The notes under the pieces are model-generated. The model was not told the origin of the DNA. It saw only the letters and a list, made by a program, of their open reading frames with translations, and did no database searches. A stretch of DNA of 63,019 nucleotides, the filler included, from Octopus bimaculoides (taxonomy: Eukaryota): assembly GCF_001194135.2 (NCBI RefSeq). It is 9 parts of 9 records of this genome, joined end to end, with 100 filler letters (N's around TTAATTAATTAA, not from the genome) between each part and the next. Parts side by side here need not be neighbours in the genome. Positions count along the whole stretch, not along the records: positions 10,031 to 17,433 come from NC_069010.1; positions 17,534 to 30,618 come from NC_068991.1; 7 more parts are not named here. One strand, 5' to 3'. Below, in pieces: positions 11,409 through 25,300 of the stretch (its first letter is position 1; each line of letters opens with the position of its first letter). The translations under genes were made by a program, and so were the position numbers.

Positions 11409-11569
11409 GTTTCAAATTTTTTTCTCAAATTTGGGTCCTTAATAAGGTCCAATGGTGTGTTATTGTTATTATTTTTATGGTGAAAGTCAGCTCCCTGGTT
11501 GGCTAGATATCTAGCAACAACCACACCAGAGAGCCGTTCCTCCATTTTCAGGTTGAGGTCGGTGCAGCA
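11394..11569 (-). pseudogene. ankyrin-repeat exon (mind-bomb-2-like C-terminal ankyrin), probably from a pseudogene
   Basis: Acceptor tttcatcatttgtAG and donor GTAAGT flank a 176-nt exon encoding CCTDLNLKMEERLSGVVVARYLANQGADFHHKNNNNNTPLDLIKDPNLRKKFETFLPP (ankyrin GAD..N..TPLDL signature). Downstream exon sequence carries in-frame stops. Confidence 0.65.
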
Positions 11570-12623
11570 CTACAAATGATGAAATATAAAATGATAACAA
11601 TATTACACAATTATTCATAACAAATGCCCCTAATTACATCTAAATTTACTCATAGGTTGTTTATCCAGTAATTAAAACAATTAAAAAATATTGAGTTCCT
11701 ACATCATCTTTAATGGAGTCCATTTCCCATTTTCATGGTTTTAATTGATTTTCAACACTGAGACATATTTTTAATATTTTGTCATTGTATTGAGTAGGAC
11801 AAACCTCATCGATTAATATCAAGCTTATTGATATTTAGTGATTGAATATTTACTTGTAAACCACAAATATCACAATATATTCAATAAAAAGTCAAATATA
11901 GAAACAACAAACTAACATGAACCTATCTATACAACTGGCTTGATATAGGCAGCCAAGTGGCCATATTATAAGAAAGAGTTTTGTATATATAAATATAACA
12001 CAACATGAGAACAAATAAAATAAATTATATCAGAAACAGAAACACCAACAACATAACATAACAAAATCAATATCACACAGACATAACCAAACATATCAAT
12101 AATGTTTCCTTAATTAAGCAAGAAGCATCTTTGAATGATGAAAGTAAAGTAAAGGAAGTAGGAATTAATGTCAGAGCTGAGGCAGCACACCAACACATTG
12201 TAGTTATTAACAAATTATTTACAATGTTAGTTTGATAGACAATTCCAGTAGGTGGGGTGGTAGTTGGGTGTCAANNNNNNNNNNNNNNNNNNNNNNNNNN
12301 NNNNNNNNNNNNNNNNNNNNNNNNNNNNNNNNNNNNNNNNNNNNNNNNNNNNNNNNNNNNNNNNNNNNNNNNNNTAACAGTACGTTGCGTCAATAGATTT
12401 GCTTGAAACTAACCTCTAGACAACCTTTAGACTTCCACTACATTTTCTAAACTGCTGAAACAATTTAGGATTAACTTTCTTTGTATACATTTTTAGATAC
12501 GCTCTGTATATTTTTTATGTCTACCAGCGATAGCATTTATACATGCATATATATATGTGTGTGTACATATGATGGTATAAACATATCTACATATAAACAC
12601 ACATAAACATACATATATGTGTA

Positions 12624-12678
<55 letters not shown>

Positions 12679-12830
12679 NNNNNNNNNNNNNNNNNNNNNN
12701 NNNNNNNNNNNNNNNNNNNNNNNNNNNNNNNNNNNNNNNNNNNNNNNNNNNNNNNNNNNNNNNNNNNNNNNNNNNNNNNNNNNNNNNNNNNNNNNNNNNN
12801 NNNNNNNNNNNNNNNNNNNNNNNNNNNNNN

Positions 12831-12869
<39 letters not shown>

Positions 12870-12926
12870 ATGTGTGTGTGTATTTTGATTGATGAGAGAG
12901 ACGTAAGATGGAAGCTACGAGAAGTT

Positions 12927-13050
12927 TTATTAATCACTACAATTGTTTCGACCCATCTTGCGTCGATCCCTCACGGGGGTGGGGGTGGATGCTTGACAAC
13001 TGGTTAAGGAGCATCCGTCGGTGCAGATATGTCTCATCAGTTGATAATAA
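12927..13050 (-). ncRNA. type I hammerhead ribozyme with extended stem II
   Basis: TTATTATCAA-CTGATGA-GAC...(~80 nt)...GTC-GAAA-CAATTG-TA-GTGATTAATAA: intact CUGAUGA/GAAA core, palindromic stem III, GUA site, ~9-bp stem I with a mismatch next to the core. Confidence 0.7.
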
Positions 13051-13647
13051 GATATAGCACATTAAAATAACGACTGTTCCGCGAGGTAATTTCTCGGTTG
13101 GTTTAAAGAAAAGCAGTAAATTAAAGGATGCACCTTCATTTATAGAAAAGATCATGAATAAAAAATAACAGATGCAGAAAAGAAACGAATGCACAATACA
13201 GCACAAAACGTGTTAAATATAACCGCTAACGGATATAGATGTATAAACGCCATAACGTAGATTGTATGGCGCATATAGCATATACACTGTCGCATAGAAA
13301 CATCATCGGAGATTTAAGCATATATACTTATATAATGTTTATACATGTATCTTCTGTCACTGCATTGATTTTATCCTTAATGTTTTTTTCTCGATTGCAT
13401 ATTTCTGTCTATTACGTTTAGACATTGTTTGCACACTGGATTTCCGTTTCTCTTCTCAGAACTCGAACACTAATAGTGAAACTTAGTGAACCGTGAAATT
13501 TGATGACTTTATATGGTATGTATGCATTTGGATATCCTTCTTGCTTATTTTGATTTTAATCACCTTATTTTGGAATTGTATGGATAATACCTTACTTACT
13601 TCCGGTGCCTAAACTTATGTACCATATTCACCTTGAATCTAAATTTC

Positions 13648-13712
<65 letters not shown>

Positions 13713-13747
13713 CCTTTAGAACAGGAGTGAGAATGTGATTATTAAGC

Positions 13748-13913
13748 ATTCTCTGGAATGAAAACACAGATAAACTCCTGAAATTCAAAAGACTATTGAA
13801 CAGTGTCAACCCAAACATACAGTTCACAATGGAGTACAACCAAAAGGAGCTCCCATTCTTGGATATACTAATTTTAAAAAATAAACCTAAAAATAGAAAC
13901 GGACATATTTTAC
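13748..13913 (+). mobile_element. Penelope-like RT fragment (region just after the YxDD motif)
   Basis: ILWNENTDKLLKFKRLLNSVNPNIQFTMEYNQKELPFLDILIL matches the PLE 'ikFTmE....lpFLD' motif. Confidence 0.75.
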
Positions 13914-14211
13914 AGTAATGAGTATATATGTCACTTGAATACTGAAGTTGTTTTGGGTTATTTAATTGACGTGTGCGCATGTGTATACATGTATATGTGT
14001 GTGTATTCATATATATTGCACACACTTACACACGTATACCCACACAGAGCCAGTCAGTGATTGAACTACCACGATATTGCACAAACTACTAAAAATTGCA
14101 CCTAAGCAATTTTACAACATTGACACTGAACAATTCTGGAGTTGAAAAACCCACAAAGCGAACCGAAACGAATAGAAAGAGATAAAGAAATAAGAGCAAA
14201 TGACAGGTAAA

Positions 14212-14267
<56 letters not shown>

Positions 14268-14639
14268 GTCTGTCTGTCTGTCTGTCTGTCTTTGTATGGG
14301 ATAAAAAATTTAATGAATTTACTGGTGTATTATATTTACCCTAATAATTACTTTTTAATAAACTTTAGGTTATTGAAAGGATTAAGCAATATTAACATAT
14401 TATTTTTATTTTTATACATTTTAATAACTAGCCAGATTATATTATATCATTTAAATTCTTATAATTATATTCACGTATAAACTTATTTGAAACTTAAATA
14501 TAGGATTCAAATATATGGTTTATTACTATATTTTTTATTTATTTATCTTTACAGTAGAATATAGTATTTAACTCTGCGCATACCACAGCGGTGTCGTACA
14601 ATTCTGGATTTGAGAATCTGAGATAAAAAAGATAAAAAA

Positions 14640-14885
14640 TAGAAAAAGAAGAACAATAAGAACGATCGCATAGTGAAATATTCTAACAGGTAAGCACTAT
14701 AAATCTTTAGATATAACAATGGGATGTTCAGATTCAGCCCTATTAACACACCTTGTGGAACTAGTTCTTCTCTCGAAAATTGAGCAACACTTTCCTAACA
14801 TCTCCGGGAATCTCAACAGAGATGACGCACTTTTGGCAATTAAAAATTTATCCCGTCCGGAGATTGAACGTACTAAGAATAGTTC
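14640..14885 (+). mobile_element. Penelope-like RT core fragment
   Basis: LDITMGCSDSALLTHLVELVLLSKIEQHFPNISGNLNRDDALLAIKNLSRPEIERTK (decayed GLYRDD motif). Confidence 0.75.
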
Positions 14886-15490
14886 TTTAACTTAATTCGA
14901 CAGTTACATGTTCTATTCCTTCCCGCATCGGCATTAATTTTCCGATTACTAGAGGTTAAGTCACCCTTGACCGTCAGGAGGTGACCTGACGTAATATCTA
15001 CGTTAGAGTTAGTATCAGTTTTGGAGTTATAAAGTTCATTATAAAGATTTGTGTGGGTACATTTTTTAAGCCTGAGTTTAGAACTATCAATAGAAGCTAT
15101 GATCGAACGTAAATTCGGAGTCGTAGAGTACGACACTTTCAGAGAGAATTTATCAAAAATACGGTAATATTTATGATATTTAGGAAAATTTTCCTTCATT
15201 ATCTTAAAAACTAATTTGGACAAACATTTGACCTGAAGAGAGAAGGGCGGGGTAAACCATATAATTTCACGTTTCCTAGAAAGCTTGATCTGATTACATT
15301 CACGTTTCCTAGAATGTTTGGTTGAATATCCCCTCGTTCGCTGATAAATTCGAAATTCTAATCGATATAGCCGTTACCATACCATTGAGGGTTGATCTAG
15401 GATTATTAGAAAGAATGTTTTGGTACTGTAAGGGTTTGGTTTGGTTTTCTATATGGATGGTGGAAATTAGTGTTAAGATTAAGATAGGCT
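14873..15490 (-). mobile_element. Penelope-like RT thumb/linker fragment, inverted relative to the adjacent RT core
   Basis: LNLNTNFHHPYRKPNQ...ISIRISNLSANEGIF, and ORF 14873-15223 (ENFPKYHKYYRIFDKFSLKVSYSTTPNLRSII...CNCR). Confidence 0.75.
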
Positions 15491-16465
15491 CTTTATAAAA
15501 ATATTATATGTAGTATTATGTGTGTGTGTGTGTCTGTATGTATATACATATATCAAACTATCTATATACATAACTGTCATTGCTTGTCCGTCGTAAGTCG
15601 ATGTTGACGGTTCTTTTCAGAAAAAAAGGCTTCCCAATCAGGCGTAGTCACTGGTCCTTGAAAATGGTCCCCACGGAAACTTGTACCACTGTGTCAGACC
15701 GCTGATACTTAGAGCCCTGTGTACAGATCTGTATCATGTTTCTAAAAAAATCTTAGCAACATGTTACAGATATTTAAAGTTAGGCTATTTTTACGAGAAG
15801 TTTTCCGCTTGATTACTCTGTTACAAAGTGAAAGCAAAAAAACATTACGAACCAGGTTTATGAAACAAATTGAAAGTAAAACATTACAAGGAAATTTATA
15901 AATTGTTTAAATATGTTTTAATGAANNNNNNNNNNNNNNNNNNNNNNNNNNNNNNNNNNNNNNNNNNNNNNNNNNNNNNNNNNNNNNNNNNNNNNNNNNN
16001 NNNNNNNNNNNNNNNNNNNNNNNNNNNNNNNNNNNNNNNNNNNNNNNNNNNNNNNNNNNNNNNNNNNNNNNNNNNNNNNNNNNNNNNNNNNNNNNNNNNN
16101 NNNNNNNNNNNNNNNNNNNNNNNNNNNNNNNNNNNNNNNNNNNNNNNNNNNNNNNNNNNNNNNNNNNNNNNNNNNNNNNNNNNNNNNNNNNNNNNNNNNN
16201 NNNNNNNNNNNNNNNNNNNNNNNNNNNNNNNNNNNNNNNNNNNNNNNNNNNNNNNNNNNNNNNNNNNNNNNNNNNNNNNNNNNNNNNNNNNNNNNNNNNN
16301 NNNNNNNNNNNNNNNNNNNNNNNNNNNNNNNNNNNNNNNNNNNNNNNNNNNNNNNNNNNNNNNNNNNNNNNNNNNNNNNNNNNNNNNNNNNNNNNNNNNN
16401 NNNNNNNNNNNNNNATACTTATCTATTTTGTGTTATAGAACAGAAAAAAAATTTTGTATTCGAAT

Positions 16466-16870
16466 TTATTTCATGTAAAAAATTGTCTTATTTCGATAAT
16501 TTCTACTAATCACTGACGTCTATTCAGTTGAAAACAGTTAGCGCTGTAACGGTGTATATCGTATTAATCCCCTAACTCTAACCCTAACCCTAACCCTAAC
16601 TAGACTGTTAACCATAACCGTAACCCTAACCCTAACCCTAAAACTAACCCTAACTCTAGAATCCGAACTCTAAAATTGTTACACACATAGATACGCACAG
16701 CGTAATTTATTATATAAACAATATATGCGTATAAATTACGATTAAACCGGATGAAATATGTCACAGGGAATAACATTTTTATTACCGCCCAGCAGTAACT
16801 CTTATTCAACTGAATAGACGTCAGTTATTGGTTGAAATTACAGAAATACGACAACTTTAACATGGAATAA
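16466..16870. mobile_element. MITE with ~66-bp TIRs enclosing (CCCTAA)n telomere-like repeats
   Basis: The left arm (~16466-16532) and right arm (~16805-16870) are imperfect inverted repeats sharing ACTGACGTCTATTCAGTTGAA; CCCTAA runs at ~16570-16655. Confidence 0.8.
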
Positions 16871-17533
16871 CTTGCGAATTCCTTTTTTTTTTTTGTTAAG
16901 AAGACTAAGAGTAAAAGATGTTTTATATTACACATTCTACCAGTGTCCCAAGTTTCAAAGTGTTTCGTTAAGAAAATACTGGCGCCCCCGTTTTAAAATA
17001 GATCCCCATTTGTTTATAGCGATCGAAAACTTGTGTTTCACATTAACTCACTCCCTCCAACAAATCCACGATGCTTGTACAGTTGCACGGTTTGCCACAC
17101 CTCAAGTGTTAAAGTATTCACAGGGTTAGCATTACGCATATTCACTGTCCATTACAAAATGAAAGCAAAAACATTATTACGTCGTAGTTTTATTCAACAA
17201 AATGAAAGCAAATAGTTACAACAAAGAAAGTTGTAAAATACTCCAGTAAATTTTAATAAGTTCGTATATACATACATACATACATACATACATACATACA
17301 TACATACATACAGTCGCAAATCCTGCTTCCTTCATTCTTTTTTCTTTTCTCTCTCTCTGTGACTTCTATTCTAGCCTTTCTACTTACTCCCCTTCTGTCT
17401 CTCCCTCTTCTATTCTTAGCCTTTCTCCTTCCCNNNNNNNNNNNNNNNNNNNNNNNNNNNNNNNNNNNNNNNNNNNNTTAATTAATTAANNNNNNNNNNN
17501 NNNNNNNNNNNNNNNNNNNNNNNNNNNNNNNNN

Positions 17534-17567
<34 letters not shown>

Positions 17568-17781
17568 CAAAATTTCATCTTTTATCATCAAGATTTGATG
17601 ACACGGGAAAGAGCATCAGGAATACTTTGCGTCAGATCACCAAATGATTGTCAACTGCTATCATTTTCCTCAATCTAAAAACATAGTGAAACAACTAAAA
17701 AATCCGCCCAGAAATCTCTTAGAACACAAGACATATACATCATGTGTCTCAACCTGTTCTTACAGGGTTATTGTTCCACAA

Positions 17782-18169
17782 TGTGGAGGCGCAATGGCCC
17801 AGTGGTTAGGGCAGCGAACTCACGGTCATAGGATCGCGGTTTCGATTCCCAGACCGGGCGTTGTGAGTGTTTATTGAGCGAAAACACCTAAAGCTCCACG
17901 AGGCTCCGGCGGAGAATGGTGGCGAACTCTGCCGTACTCTTTCACCACAACTTTCTCTCACTCTTTCTTCCTGTTTCTGTTGTGCCTGTAATTCAAAGGG
18001 TCAGCCTTGTCACACTGTGTCACGCTGAATATCCCCGAGAACTACGTTAAGGGTACACGTGTCTGTGGAGTGCTCAACCACTTGCACGTTAATTTCACGA
18101 GTAGGCTGTTCCATTGATCGAATCAGCTGGAACCCTCGACGTCGTAAGCGACGGAGTGCCAATAACAAC
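17782..18169 (+). mobile_element. full-length tRNA-headed SINE, family B, with 12-bp TSD
   Basis: A box TGGCCCAGTGGTTAG, B box GGTTTCGATTCCC, (AAC)-type tail; TSD ATTGTTCCACAA at 17770-17781 and 18170-18181. Other copies: 26175-26495(+), 33352-33652(-), 59273-59495(+). Confidence 0.9.
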
Positions 18170-18599
18170 ATTGTTCCACAAACAATGATATATTCAATAT
18201 AATACTTAAACAAGCTGGGAGGAAAACAGTGTCTAGGGCAGTACAGAACGGCTACTGATCAACATAATGATACCGGGAAAACGAGATCCATACGAAATTA
18301 ACTATAGTGTGGTTAGGCTTTCAGAAAACCTTTAATAGTATACTACTGGGGTTGATTGTCAAAGCATTACAATTGATGATGCATAGAGGGTGATGTGTGC
18401 AGAACTCACTGTGCTTCATCTGGCCAAACTGAACTTGTTAAGAGGGCCACGCTTTAACAAGAACAGTTGGCAAGTCTCCAGTCATTCTAATATTAAAATC
18501 ATCCGAGTTGTTGCTTGTTTTGAATGTCCCTCATGATGACTTCGGGATTCTCATAGAATCACATTTTTGTCTCTGGAGTGGAGGACAGCGTAGGAACGT

Positions 18600-18890
18600 A
18601 GGCACTGAAATGGAAGACCCTTGTCAGTGTCGAGTAAGGGGGTCGGGAGTCATGCCGAATCGTTGCTAACCAGCTGAGTAAACACTTCACATGTCCACAG
18701 TACTAGAGCTGTGACCTCTCTCTCGATGCGGAGAAGTAACAACTTGACCTGAAGATACTCCTTGACCTCCAAGCTTGCAACCAGTCGAGTAACGTTACTC
18801 AGAGATCCTTCGGAAGAATCCCATTTCGGCCGCTTATATTCGCGATCGTATTCTTGCCGTTATTCCCTAACATTCATGACCATAGGTGAG
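18600..18890 (-). mobile_element. RTE (Rex3/Expander-like) RT C-terminal fragment, inverted
   Basis: YGHEC..TARIRSRI*AAEMGFFRRIS..TLLD...LLLLRIER.SQL*YCGHV, recovered across frameshifts. Confidence 0.7.
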
Positions 18891-18959
18891 TAGAGAAACG
18901 GAAACCGAATTAACGATAGCGAATTTGGTTTTTTTCTTCTTTATACAAGTCTCTCTTCC

Positions 18960-19110
18960 TCTGAGGATCGAATGCTGGAGCTGGGGCACTACTCTGCTAG
19001 CATCAGCAATTCCTGCACCCAATTCAGCCTCCATATGGAGGAGGTGCCTGAAGACTCTACCCCCACGACCCCCGCAAAAATAAAAAAAACGGACGAGATG
19101 GATGGATGGC
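18960..19110 (+). mobile_element. RTE (Rex3/Expander-like) extreme 3' end with (GATG)n tail
   Basis: WSWG...IWRRCLKTLPPRPPQK* followed by GATGGATGGATGG. Confidence 0.6.
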
Positions 19111-20070
19111 TAGACTGTTCAGTTGATCGAACAGCTGGAAGATTCATCGTCGAAAATGGCAAAGGATCTTATTCTTTTTATGGAAGTAGCTGGAAGAGTC
19201 TCTAAAGCGCTAGACAGAAATACCTTGTGGTATTTGTTCTGGATCTTTGCGCTCAAAAATATTTGCGCTTTGAGTTCAAATCAAGATGAGATAAACTTTG
19301 CCTTTCCGCCATTCAAGGATCGATAAATAGAGTATCAGTCCAGGATGATAGATAGGCAGAGTTGTTAGTGTCCCACGACATATCTTGTGATATTTGCTCC
19401 ATTTTGAGTTCAGATTCCGTCGGGGGATTCATATCTCATTGATGGCCAAGTTGTGGTCAGTAGGAGGAAACGTCAAAGTGGAGCGCCATAGAATGCAGCA
19501 CTAGCATCTCTCTGCAATCAAACAGGTCCCCCATCACCTCAGCATTATTGTGCCGTGGATATTTGATGGCTAAACACTGTGGCCATCAAACAATCGCTTC
19601 TCTTTCCACACCCAGCAAACATATTCCAGCACCTACCCTGCCACNNNNNNNNNNAAACATCCTTGAATTTCAACAAACATGTTTTAGACGACTTACAAAT
19701 AAATCAGCTTTTCGTATTTTATAGCAATGAGACAGCAAAATAAAAGAGAAATGGATTTCATAATTTTGTTGAGATATCAGAGACAGTGTCGGTGTGGCAT
19801 GAATGCCACACAAACTTATTTTCTTTCCTCGCTACAAACATAAGGTCTTAAACATAAATATAAACAATGAATATTTGAATTGCAACGTTGTGCTTCAGTT
19901 TCCCTGCACGTAATTGAGAAAAACCACGAGTAAAACGTCATGCAACTTTAAGACGTTATCGAGTTTGTCATGTGCTGACAGCTGAACGCTTAAAAACAAT
20001 TTAAATCAAAGTTCTTCTCTTCTTTGATACGATCATCATTTAAACTTCTATCTTGTATTGTTTACATTGA

Positions 20071-21327
<1,257 letters not shown>

Positions 21328-21862
21328 ACCTATGATGGAATTGCAGAGTTAAGACAAATAAAACAACATGAAAAAATGTTACTATGAATCTGTTCCAGAA
21401 GGAGCTATTCTCTGCCATAACTAAAATGGTAAGCTGCTGAACAGCTTCCGGATGTGACCTGGTTAAGATCGACAGCCTTTACTTCTTTGTTGTCACAGAG
21501 TTTCACCAAGGCATGAACTTACTTGACAGGTGAATTTGAATCCAGCTCATATTCTCATTAGGAATTACTCAGAGTTCGGAGTTTGACGGAACACAATGCA
21601 TGTTGAAAAAAAAAATACCAATAAATATTATATCATTAAAAATAAAACCGATATTTCTTGGATGTTTTATTGATTGTGATCGCACCATATTTCCGAGATT
21701 TCCACATTCCATAGCTATGATATGAATTATACATATAACACTAACGACTCGTTTAAAAAACATATCTTGGAGAAAGAGAGAGAGAGAAAGAGAAAGAGAG
21801 AGAGAGAGATATAGATAGAGAGAGAGATTCAGTGAAAGAAACTTAGAGACACAGAGAAAGAA

Positions 21863-21893
<31 letters not shown>

Positions 21894-22300
21894 TGTTCCA
21901 CGGACACGTTACACCAAAATACGAGACAAAACACAATAGTCACAGATCAACATGAATAATTTTTGGTAAATTCTTTTAAGTAAAAATCTGCCTGTTGGTG
22001 AGACGGGTGAAATAGTTTACCGAAATACATAATTTACCGAAAATATAATTCACAATCAAAATCGCTCAAATATTCCAATACAATCCCGATGATGTTAATT
22101 GTTCTCACAAATATCGTCCGTATCATGTTCTCTTTTAGAATAAGGATTCCAAAATTGGAAACGCGATGTCATATTTGTGTCACGCTCGTTAGTCTTAAGG
22201 TGCTCTTTCTGCTTACATCGACGTCTGTGCGTGCGTGTATATGTGTATGTGTGTGTTTGTGTGCGCGTTATGTGTATATAAAAATAATAATCATATATAA

Positions 22301-22368
<68 letters not shown>

Positions 22369-25300
22369 GCATGTGTGCGTGTATACATAGCGTAAGTTTG
22401 GATTAGGTAACATTTTGGTGTATTCTTCATTCAGCACTCAATACGCGCTCCCGGATGCCTACACTTCAAGACTGGTATTGAAAGTATTCCACTGGTGCAG
22501 GAACTCCAGATCTGATATAACTAGTGTATAATTATTTCATAGAGTAACATAAAAGACACGGGAGATGACGAAGTCGTCAATATGGCGTAAGTTTAGTGTC
22601 GATCACAATTGTTTCCGTACTTCTCCGATTCGAACCGCACTATACACGAATGATTACGTGTGATACATCAAACAACACTTACATAAATTAATTCATGTAT
22701 AAATGTGTTCAAGTTTTTTGTAATTTATGACATGTTATCAGTTATATGTAATGTGGTTCGAGGCGGGGTGCCGCTGACACAACTGAGATCAATATTGAAC
22801 ATATGCAAGGCGGCGAGTTAGCAGAATCGTTAGCACACCGGGCTAAATGCTTAACGTTTGTTTTTATGTTCTGAGTTCAAATTCCGCCGAGGTCTATTTT
22901 TGTCTTTTATCCATTCGACTAGTTGAGCATTGGAGGGGTCAATGCAATCGATTTAACTTCTCCCGCCGAAATTGCGTACACTTATATATACATAGACTAT
23001 ATTTTACTGCTTCCGATTGTCGAAAATTAAATTTTGATTTGCCGTGTCTTCAAACTCCCTTCTGAAGGTGTGACATGCCGCAACACAACTAACTACCATT
23101 GCATTATCTGTATATTTTCAGTTACATTTTCCTTTTCACCTTCTCCATCCTTTCCACAGTTCAGTGTCGTTTTTAGTCAGTAGGATTTTCTTTCCGATTC
23201 CTGGACCAGACCTGGTGGTGCACTGCGTTCTTGATGAAAACACAGCTGTAAATAGGTTTCAATTAATAAACGAAAGTGAACTTGTGGTGGACCGATGACC
23301 CGTTCAGGAGAAAGTATTGCAAGCTCAATCATTTATGTGCTAGTTGAATCAGGTTATTCTCCAGCCTCATGAGTCCTAGGGCCCATGACAGGCCCTAATT
23401 TAGGTAAGTACCAGAGCGGTGAGCTAGCAGAATCGTTAGCACACCGGACAAAACGCTAAGCAGCATTTCGTCCGTTTTCATGTTCTGAGTCCAAATCCCG
23501 CCGAGGTCGACTTTGCCTTTCGTTCTTTCAGGGTTGATAAAATAAGTACCAGTTGGATACTGGAGTCGATGTAATCGGCTTTCCCCCTCTGCTGAACTGG
23601 CTGGCCTTGTGCCAAATTTGAAACCAATATAGGTAAGTACAAGCTGGGTGGGATCGAATAAAAACATATGGATAATAGATCACTAGTCACAATTAACTTC
23701 TGTTGGATTAAGATAATCTATTTTATGCGAAGAGGGACATATTTAAAACACCATTCGGAGATGAGTTACTAAAGTCCAAGAACCACTAATCTAAATGAAA
23801 CTATCTCGACGAAGTAACTTCATTAACGAATTTCTAATGAGATTGCATTCATTACTAAGATGATAAGACCAGTTAATTAATAGAATTAGAAAGTCTGTTA
23901 ATATCGTTACTGCAGTCAAACAGCTATTCTAATTTTATTTTTGTCACGACGAAAGTAATTTACGTTTATTAATTAAAGTTAGGTGTGTGGGGGGGAACAG
24001 GGGAAATGTAATTAATGATTTATTGGAGAAAATAAACATCTTTTTTTTTTAATAAACATAAAGAAGCCTCACATTTTGAGAAAGGGAAATGAAAGAATTG
24101 CGACGTTGATGAATTTCCCAAGGTTACCCAGAAACTTAATTTAACTAGCATTCACTGAAAATCGAAAACAGATCACGATTTCGATTTGGCAAAGACTTAT
24201 TTGTTTTTTGTTATATGAACGAGCCAACGAAATAGCATAGACATCCCGTCATTTTAAAGATATCAAGGACCACATTGACCTCGTCTCTCCTAACCTGTTC
24301 TTAGGTACTAAGGTGAGATTCGAGTGCAATTTAATTCACGCTCCCTTGTTTTCCCTCTACGACTCTTGCCATCGATAAAAAAAAACAATATATATTTCTA
24401 TCACAGACACTACTGCAACTACTACTACTGCTGTTGCTGCCACCGAGGCCGTCCTCTCCGTCTTTTCTATCGGTGCTATAATGTTCCTCGGAGATGGCTG
24501 GTCTTGTACCTGCTTCCTCCATTAAACTCTTCCGAAACACTCATCTGTATCGAATATTCCAGAGACCACACTAACCATTATTCCCCGTCCTTCTCCACTG
24601 GAATATTGGCTCACTGGAATCTCCTCTCTGCTCACGTCTTTTCTGCAGCTGTTGGGCTTGTAACCAGTTCAAATGGAACGTTAAAGGCATCAAGCTCATC
24701 GATTTTAGAGTACCTGCAAAGGACATGGGCGCTGCCTATTTCTCCAGAGGCGTTAAGCAAATACACACACAAACACACACACACACACTTCACACACACA
24801 CACTTCGCACACACACTTCACTATTAAATACAAACTTACTTAGAAAAATAAAGACAAAACGCATGATACTTTTCAGAGCTTCCGAGACTGATGGAGGGAA
24901 GGAGAAAGCGATCCTGAAAACGAAAACCTGGCCTCAATACTTACAAAGCCAGATAGTCTGGAAAAAAAAAAAGCAGCCAAGAGACAGATGTAGGTATTCA
25001 GTCGAACAATGAATTGTGTCTACAATCGAAGAACAACAACAGCCCTTCTGTATACTAAATTCTACCCGCCAAAAGCTTCAGTTGGTTTGAAGCCGGAGTA
25101 GAAAACTACCACTGAAGGTATCGCACAGTAAAACTTAAAGCACGTAGCCGGGAAGCGAACTGCTTAACCGCACAGTCGTGCCTTACATTTGTTAAGAACA
25201 ATAAATGTTGGCAATCGAAACTAAGAAACACCTGTATTACTACTTAGAAACTGGTTTACAAACTTGAAATCTATCCCATCTCTTATACCATTACCACCAG

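Noticed and set aside
17785-17860. tRNA-like A/B-box heads (also ~60930-61003, 59275-59345)
   Set aside because: They continue into SINE bodies, two of them TSD-bounded; not tRNA genes.
21328-21600. Possible decayed linker/MLLE coding sequence after the PABP stop
   Set aside because: No recognisable MLLE motif found in the forward frames by eye.
24324-24827. 167-aa ORF and overlapping minus-strand ORFs
   Set aside because: No recognisable domain, partly microsatellite-derived, and candidate splice frames hit stops.
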